A stretch of 43,168 bases of DNA, filler included, from Chthonomonadaceae bacterium (GTDB lineage: Bacteria > Armatimonadota > Chthonomonadetes > Chthonomonadales > Chthonomonadaceae), in NCBI GenBank assembly GCA_035650735.1. It is 2 parts of 2 records of this genome, joined end to end, with 100 filler letters (N's around TTAATTAATTAA, not from the genome) between each part and the next. Parts side by side here need not be neighbours in the genome. Positions count along the whole stretch, not along the records: positions 16,207 to 43,168 come from DASRGZ010000222.1; 1 more part is not named here. The stretch is one strand, 5' to 3'. How positions within the stretch are numbered: the stretch's first letter is position 1; each line of letters opens with the position of its first letter. The position numbers and the translations under genes are program-made. Under the pieces are notes generated by a model. The model ran no database searches. It was not told where the DNA came from and was given only the letters and a program-made list of their open reading frames with translations. Positions 37,720 to 43,168 of this stretch are shown here, piece by piece.

Positions 37720-39009
37720 TTACTCTTCCAGCCCTTCCAGCAGGGCGACAGCTTCCGCGACCGCTTCGCCGAAGGCGGCGAGGGCCGTATCTACCTGGGC
37801 CGGAGTCACGATCAGCGGCGGCTCGAAGCGGATCACGTTCGGATTGTTGAGGGTGTAGGCGGCGATCACGCCGCGCCGCGCCATGCCGTTGATGGTGAGT
37901 TCGGCTATATCCTTGACCGCAAACTCCACGCCGAGCATCAAGCCGCGCCCGCGCACCGCTCGAATCGCATTCGAATGCTGGTTCTGAACGGCGGCCAGCC
38001 CGGCCAGCAGTTGCTCGCCGCGCTCGACCGCCTTGCCGGGCAGATCCTCCTCGATAATCACTTCGAGCGCCGCCAGGCCCGCCGCGCACGCCATCTGGTT
38101 GCCGCCAAACGTGCTGGTATGGATAAGCGGATTCTCTCCGAACGCTTTCTCCCAGATATCCGGCGTCGCTAGCGTCGCCCCGATGGGCATGACGCCGCCG
38201 CCCAGCGCCTTCGCTAGCGTCAGGATGTCGGGTACGACGTTGTCCTGCTCCACAGCAAAGAGCTTGCCCGTGCGCCCCAAGCCCGTCTGTACCTCATCCA
38301 CGATGAGCAGGATGCCGCGCTCGTCGCAGAGTCGGCGCAGGCCCGCCAGGTAGCCCGGCGAGGGCGTGATGATGCCACCTTCACCCTGGATCGGCTCGAT
38401 GATAAGGGCGGCAGTGCGCTCGTTGATGGCAGAGGCGGCGGCGTCCAGGTCGTTGAAGGGAACATGGACGTAGCCGGGAACCAGAGGCTCGAAGGGCTTG
38501 CGGTACTTCTCGCGCCCGGTGGCGGTGAGACTGCCCATGCTCTTGCCGTGATAGGCGCCGACCGTGCTGACGAAGTCGGTCTTGCCGGTGGCGATGCGGG
38601 CGATCTTCAGGGCTGCCTCCACCGCCTCCGTGCCGCTATTGGAAAAGAAGGCGTAGCGAATGTCGCCCGGAGCGATCTGGGCCAGTTTCTCGGCCAGCAA
38701 CGCCTGCGGCTCGTTGAAGAAGGCGTGCGTCCAGAGCGGCATCTTATCGAGCTGCCGATGCACGGCCTCCACCACGCGCGGGTGCCGATGCCCGAGCGAG
38801 AAGACGCCGTACCCGCCGATAAAGTCGAGGTACTGCGCGCCGCTTGCCGTCGTAATGACGCAGCCCTGCGCCGTCTCCTCCACGTCCCCAAACCCGCCGA
38901 ACTGCATCAGCCGCGCCAGGCCGGGGTTGATATATTGACGGTACTTCTCGATAACGCTCTCAATATGGGCCTGAACCTCCGGCGAGGGCTCCAGGCTCTC
39001 CTGTAGCAT
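37720..39009 (-). CDS. Class III PLP aminotransferase (putrescine/acetylornithine aminotransferase-like)
   Basis: YLDFIGGYG, NSGTEAVE, YHGK, EPIQGEGG, DEVQTG, LAKALGGG, HTSTFGGN. Confidence 0.92.
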   Translation of the reverse strand: MLQESLEPSPEVQAHIESVIEKYRQYINPGLARLMQFGGFGDVEETAQGCVITTASGAQYLDFIGGYGVFSLGHRHPRVVEAVHRQLDKMPLWTHAFFNEPQALLAEKLAQIAPGDIRYAFFSNSGTEAVEAALKIARIATGKTDFVSTVGAYHGKSMGSLTATGREKYRKPFEPLVPGYVHVPFNDLDAAASAINERTAALIIEPIQGEGGIITPSPGYLAGLRRLCDERGILLIVDEVQTGLGRTGKLFAVEQDNVVPDILTLAKALGGGVMPIGATLATPDIWEKAFGENPLIHTSTFGGNQMACAAGLAALEVIIEEDLPGKAVERGEQLLAGLAAVQNQHSNAIRAVRGRGLMLGVEFAVKDIAELTINGMARRGVIAAYTLNNPNVIRFEPPLIVTPAQVDTALAAFGEAVAEAVALLEGLEE

Positions 39010-39040
39010 ACCTCTCTCCCTCCTAAGGAGCAGCATTTGC

Positions 39041-39282
39041 ACCACCCGCTGCGCTAGAGCCACAGAGACACGGAGGAAAAACAAAGGCAGAGAAAAGACA
39101 ATTTAGACAGGATTAACAGGATTTACAGGATGACACCAAGAGAGAGAAGCCCGGCTTGTCTGCGTAGTTAAAATCCAGTTCATCCCGTTCATCCTGTCTC
39201 AATGGCTTTTGTCTTTCTCTCTTTCTCTTTGTTTTTCTCCGTGACTCCTCCGTGTCTCCGTGGCTCTAGCGCAGCAGGTGGT
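39041..39282. repeat. 242-bp nested foldback (MITE/REP-like) element
   Basis: 37-bp outer inverted repeat with 2 mismatches (39041-39077 / 39246-39282) enclosing CAGGAT/ATCCTG units. Confidence 0.8.
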
Positions 39283-39291
39283 TTAATTTTC

Positions 39292-40272
39292 TCAGGCGCG
39301 CTCTTTGTACGCTTCCGGGATGGCCTTTTGTGGCACGGCCAGAGTGCGTACCAGGGCCGCCAGCATCTGATCGCGGTAGATGGAATTGAGGGCCAGCGCG
39401 GCCTGCGTCTGCGCGTAGCCGAACGGGATACCGATGTCGTGCCGGTCGCCGATGGCCTCAAACGCCAGGTACCGCTCCCCTGAGGCCCGCTGCCGCTCCT
39501 GCGCGCTGGTGAATTGAAACTCGCCCTTCTCGCGCAGGTCGTGGTCAATGGCGTACTGGAGGCACTCGAAGATGCTCGGTGTCAGGATATGCATCCCGAA
39601 GAAGCACAGATACATACCGTGCAGCAGGCCCGCCTGCCGCAGATGCGCCTCCGCGTACTCCGGGGTCGGCTTTTCGTAGATGGCCTCCAGTTCATAGACC
39701 GGCGGCTGCTCCGCGATCCGCTTGCCGCAGACCGTGCCGAACAGATGCAGGAGCTCCGTGGGCGTCTGCTGTACCGCTGAGACGCTGGAACCGTACCGCT
39801 CAAACACGTCCAGAATCTGGCGGGCGCAGCGCTTGTCTTCGCCGGTCGTGTAGATATGGTCGCCCAGCATCAGCAGGAACGGCTCGTCGCCGACAAAATG
39901 GCGCGCGCACCAGACCGCATGGCCGTAGCCCTCCGGCGTCTCCTGCACCACAAACGTCAGGCGCGCGGCCATCTGCTGGATGCGCGCCGATTGCAGCAGC
40001 GCCCAATCCTTGCCCTTGAACAGCTTCCACTCTTCCGGCGGCAGTGGCTGGAAATGCTGCTCGATCTGGCTCTTGTTCTGCGGATTGACGACCAGGCAGA
40101 CCTCCTCAATGCCGCTATTGAACGCCTCCTCCATGATGATCTGGATGGCCGGCTTGCAGATGCCGTCGGTATCCATCACCGGCAGCATCTCTTTCTGGAT
40201 GGTCGTCGTGGCCGGATACATGCGCGTCCCGCGCCCTGCCGCCGTGATGACCGCTTTGCGGACCTTCCTCAC
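39292..40272 (-). CDS. Sugar-1-phosphate nucleotidyltransferase (GalU-like)
   Basis: KAVITAAGRGTRMYPAT..KEMLP, QETPEGYGHAV, LGDH, EKP. Confidence 0.88.
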   Translation of the reverse strand: MRKVRKAVITAAGRGTRMYPATTTIQKEMLPVMDTDGICKPAIQIIMEEAFNSGIEEVCLVVNPQNKSQIEQHFQPLPPEEWKLFKGKDWALLQSARIQQMAARLTFVVQETPEGYGHAVWCARHFVGDEPFLLMLGDHIYTTGEDKRCARQILDVFERYGSSVSAVQQTPTELLHLFGTVCGKRIAEQPPVYELEAIYEKPTPEYAEAHLRQAGLLHGMYLCFFGMHILTPSIFECLQYAIDHDLREKGEFQFTSAQERQRASGERYLAFEAIGDRHDIGIPFGYAQTQAALALNSIYRDQMLAALVRTLAVPQKAIPEAYKERA

Positions 40273-40284
40273 CTTCTCATCCTC

Positions 40285-41778
40285 CTAGCCTCGCGTGATC
40301 TGGCGCGCGCCAAACATCAGCGCCCCCGGCGAGCTGCCGACGAACGGGCGCGGCGCCACGCCCACACGCCGCGCGTACTTCTGGCAGACCTCCGCCAGCG
40401 CAGCGTCCGTGTCCGGCGAGTCGGCAGCGCAGAGCACGGCGACCGTGCCGCCGGAGCCGCCGCCCGTGATCCGGGCCCCATAGAGGCCGCGTTCCGGGCC
40501 GCGCTCGCGGATCAGCTCGACTAGCAGATCGGTCTCCGGCGCGCCCAGATCCAGCCGCTCGCTGTAGGAGGCGTGCGCGGCATACATCAGGCGGCCCGCC
40601 TCTTTCAGGATGTCCGTATCCGGCGCGGCCTCTGTCGACTCGCCGCGCTCCTGGTGGCGCAGGCTGGCGAGGTGCATCAGCGCTACGAACTCGCGGGCGC
40701 GCTCGTTTTCCAGGATGGGATGCTCGGCGCAGGCGCGCGGATGGTACGTCTCGTTCAGATCCACCTGCGTCACGGTATCCGGCAGGCGCCCATAGAGCTC
40801 TCGGTATTCCTGGCCGGTAAGCGTCTCCGGAATCATCTCCCGGTACTCGGCGAACTCGGCGGGCTCCATGTTGCACAGGTAGTTATCCAGCAGCTTGCCT
40901 CCGCTCTCCAACTGGATGATCTTGAGGCCCATAAAGGCGCCAACCCGCGCCCGCGTGTAGTGGCTGCCGCCGACCGAGTGCTTGACCCGCGAGTCCAGCC
41001 CGATAAACCGCCAGCCAGTCGGAACATGCTGCGTGCCCAGGATGTCGTGCGGCTGGCACCTGATCACGATTAGCGCGTTCTCGCGTCCCATCGCCGAGGT
41101 CACCTGATCCATGATGCCGCAGGGCGCACCCACGACCTGATTCTCCACGCGCTGGCACCAGGCCGCCAGCGTCAGGTCGCTGGGATGGATGCCAGCGGCC
41201 TCGCTCAGGGCGTGCATGGTGGCGACCTCAATCGCCGCCGATGAGGAGACCCCGGCACCCAGCGGCACATCGCTGCAAACCAGAATATTGGCGCCCAACT
41301 CGCCCAGCCGCGCGTCCGCCACGCCGCCGGACACCTTGCTGTAAGCCTGGAGCATGATATAAAAGCATCCGGCGATGTAACGGACCCAGTGCGTCTGCGG
41401 GTCTTGACTCAGGCGCTCCCGCACCTCCGTTACGGGGCGCACGCGCCCGCGCTCATCCACCAGTTCGTCCAGCGAGAGCGCGACCTCCGGGATCAGGCCC
41501 TCCGCTTCCAGCCCCAGGCTGCGGATGCGCAGCACCCGATCCTCGCGCCACTGCCAGGCGACAAAGGCGGCCTCCGCAATGGGCATCTCCAGCACGATGC
41601 AGCCGGAGTAGTCGGCCACGCCGCCCATCACGTCCAGGCGTCCGGGCGCGCGGGCGCCGGCAATCGGCCCCACCCCGTCAAAAAAATCGCGAGCCTCTCC
41701 CCGCACGATCTCTTCAAAACGCTGCCACTGCGCCTCCGCGTCCGGCGGCGGCGTGAACAGCGCAGATTTCTCGTTCAT
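40285..41778 (-). CDS. GHMP-family sugar kinase (galactokinase / L-arabinokinase-like)
   Basis: RAPGRLDVMGGVADYSG, VPLGAGVSSSAA, VEN..VGAPCGIMDQ, GARITGGGSGG. Confidence 0.88.
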   Translation of the reverse strand: MNEKSALFTPPPDAEAQWQRFEEIVRGEARDFFDGVGPIAGARAPGRLDVMGGVADYSGCIVLEMPIAEAAFVAWQWREDRVLRIRSLGLEAEGLIPEVALSLDELVDERGRVRPVTEVRERLSQDPQTHWVRYIAGCFYIMLQAYSKVSGGVADARLGELGANILVCSDVPLGAGVSSSAAIEVATMHALSEAAGIHPSDLTLAAWCQRVENQVVGAPCGIMDQVTSAMGRENALIVIRCQPHDILGTQHVPTGWRFIGLDSRVKHSVGGSHYTRARVGAFMGLKIIQLESGGKLLDNYLCNMEPAEFAEYREMIPETLTGQEYRELYGRLPDTVTQVDLNETYHPRACAEHPILENERAREFVALMHLASLRHQERGESTEAAPDTDILKEAGRLMYAAHASYSERLDLGAPETDLLVELIRERGPERGLYGARITGGGSGGTVAVLCAADSPDTDAALAEVCQKYARRVGVAPRPFVGSSPGALMFGARQITRG

Positions 41779-41848
41779 CAGACATTCCTCTATCTCGCTG
41801 CCGAAGCATTCTGCTTCTGATTACGTTTCTCGCCCCTTCCCCTGCGCT

Positions 41849-41877
41849 ATGATAGCCTGAAATCCGGCGTCTGTCAA
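41849..41877 (-). promoter_or_regulatory. Putative sigma70 promoter of the kinase operon
   Basis: Minus strand TTGACA-17 nt-TATCAT. Confidence 0.7.
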
Positions 41878-41943
41878 TGTGGGTAGACGTTGGTTCTTTC
41901 TTTGCCTACAACCTCCAGGGAAGCGCGCTATCGGCCAAAATAA

Positions 41944-41952
41944 TGGTATAAT
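41944..41952 (+). promoter_or_regulatory. Putative extended -10 promoter for the peptidase gene
   Basis: TGGTATAAT (TGn + TATAAT); no clear -35. Confidence 0.45.
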
Positions 41953-42114
41953 GGTAATAGAGAGCGTCACGCAGCGCTCCTGACCGCGTCTCTCTCTTAA
42001 GGAGAGCGCGCTTGTTCGGCGCCCCGCTTGCGCTGCCCCACGTCGGTTGTCTTGCTCTTCCCCGACCCCTTGCCGATTCGAATAAAGACCACCAACCTGT
42101 GAGGATGAGAACTC

Positions 42115-42822
42115 ATGCCGCCGCGTGTACGCTCTGTTTTTGCCTGCTTCCAGCGCCTCGCGCGCTTCTCTCCCAGCGTTCTTCTGGGCCTGTCCGTTCT
42201 GCTCTGGAGCACCACCTTTGCCATGGGCACCCGTCCCGTCCTGGCCGCTCTGCGCGTGGATGAGGAGGCGCCCCATGCCAGCCTGTGGCGGCGCCTGTAT
42301 GCGGAGATGCCCGGCTGCTGGAAGACGCCGCGGCTTGTGGTGCTTCGCGAGCTTTCAGATGCGGACATGGATCGGCTGATCGCGCGCAAACAACAGGGGG
42401 CTGGCGACGCGAGGGAGGATGACTCCGTTATAGACGGCTGCTATGAAAACGGCGGGCAGCAGGAGGATGATTCGGCCACGATCACGCTGCGCGATACGTT
42501 AAGCGGCGAGGAGGCGGTGCTGGTCTTTACCCATGAATACGGGCACCATGTCTGGGATGAGATCCTGACCAACGGCGAGCGCGCGCGCTACGAGCGCCTG
42601 TGGCGCCAGCAAAAACGCGCCCATCGGCTGGTAACGGAGTATGCAGGCGATTCGGAAGAGGAGGGGTTTGCAGAAGCCTTTGCGTATTACCTGCGTCGGC
42701 CGACCCGGCTCCGCCAGCGCGACCCGGCATCGTGGCAGTTCTTGAACGACATCGCCGCGCGCGTGCAATCCCACTCCGACAGCGCCGACGAGAACTCTCT
42801 GGAAATCGAGGGGGAGCGCTAA
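42115..42822 (+). CDS. Secreted or membrane-anchored zincin metallopeptidase-like protein
   Basis: N-terminal hydrophobic segment, HEYGH, YA...EEEGFAEAFAYY as in anthrax lethal factor-like peptidases. Confidence 0.78.
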   Translation: MPPRVRSVFACFQRLARFSPSVLLGLSVLLWSTTFAMGTRPVLAALRVDEEAPHASLWRRLYAEMPGCWKTPRLVVLRELSDADMDRLIARKQQGAGDAREDDSVIDGCYENGGQQEDDSATITLRDTLSGEEAVLVFTHEYGHHVWDEILTNGERARYERLWRQQKRAHRLVTEYAGDSEEEGFAEAFAYYLRRPTRLRQRDPASWQFLNDIAARVQSHSDSADENSLEIEGER

Positions 42823-42833
42823 GAGCGTCTAAA

Positions 42834-43027
42834 CCTCACCCCCAACCCCTCTCCTTCGTAAGGAGAGGGGAGCGGTCCTCATGCCCTCGGCAGGCTGAAC
42901 CCTGCCGCTAGGGGGCGCCAAGCGCCCGTCGCCCACCTACGTGGGCGAGACTCTTGGCCTGCGCAAGAACGCATTCTGCCTGCGCAGGCAGGCGGCGAGC
43001 CGTAGGTCCCACAGCGGTAGGGTTTAG
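42834..43027. repeat. REP cluster: a CCTCACCCC-type hairpin plus an inverted doublet of the CAGGGTTTAGCCTGCCG family, whose second copy is cut at 43027
   Basis: 42881-42948 (reverse copy) and 42976-43027 (forward copy ending GGGTTTAG). Confidence 0.78.
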
Positions 43028-43168
43028 CCCATAACTGTTGAATGCTCGCCTGCTAACTGACGTTGTTGCGCCCTATGGACAGACGTTGTACCCGAAGCAG
43101 AGCGGTTATTGATGGCAAGCATTGAATTTTCTGCTGTCGGTAACACTCAAGGACAGACAACAGCGCGC
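43028..43168 (+). mobile_element. Terminus of an unassembled mobile element (contig break)
   Basis: Exact reverse complement of 1-141; preceded by GTTTAG (43022-43027). Confidence 0.75.

Noticed and set aside
1..43168. Linear plasmid/phage or one giant transposon bounded by the 141-bp terminal inverted repeats
   Set aside because: The element termini and GTTTAG duplication face inward toward host DNA, the content includes core genes (gltX, rimO), and the window is two joined contigs.

Overview
GC-rich bacterial DNA; the gene mix (prepilin/H-X9-DG protein, HisKA_2 PAS kinases, Uma2 protein) suggests Armatimonadota, which is an inference only. The window is two contigs joined by an artificial spacer (16107-16206: 44 N + TTAATTAATTAA + 44 N). 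Contig A (1-16106) is mostly housekeeping: thiamine pyrophosphokinase, a DUF1559/prepilin-like protein, a DprE2/DprE1-like pair, a MITE-disrupted Uma2 gene, rimO, a large hypothetical, gltX, two amidohydrolase-fold genes, a permuted papain-like gene and a Wza/SLBB protein. Contig B (16207-43168) starts with a decaying accessory region (dead ISL3, two MITE families, broken histidine kinases). It then carries the most notable locus (23415-33775): seven co-oriented genes encoding an ECF-like sigma factor, an HTH-like protein, an ImmA/IrrE HExxH metallopeptidase, a divergent NurA-like nuclease, a HerA ATPase, an Mre11/SbcD nuclease (frameshifted) and a Rad50/SbcC ATPase with a hydrophobic hairpin instead of a zinc hook. 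After that come a PAS kinase, an amber-interrupted methyltransferase, a sugar-kinase/nucleotidyltransferase/aminotransferase/sugar-binding cluster and a zinc peptidase. The two window ends are a perfect 141-bp inverted repeat, each next to GTTTAG and to complementary halves of one REP-like repeat. This suggests contig B, an unassembled long-TIR element and contig A are adjacent in the genome.
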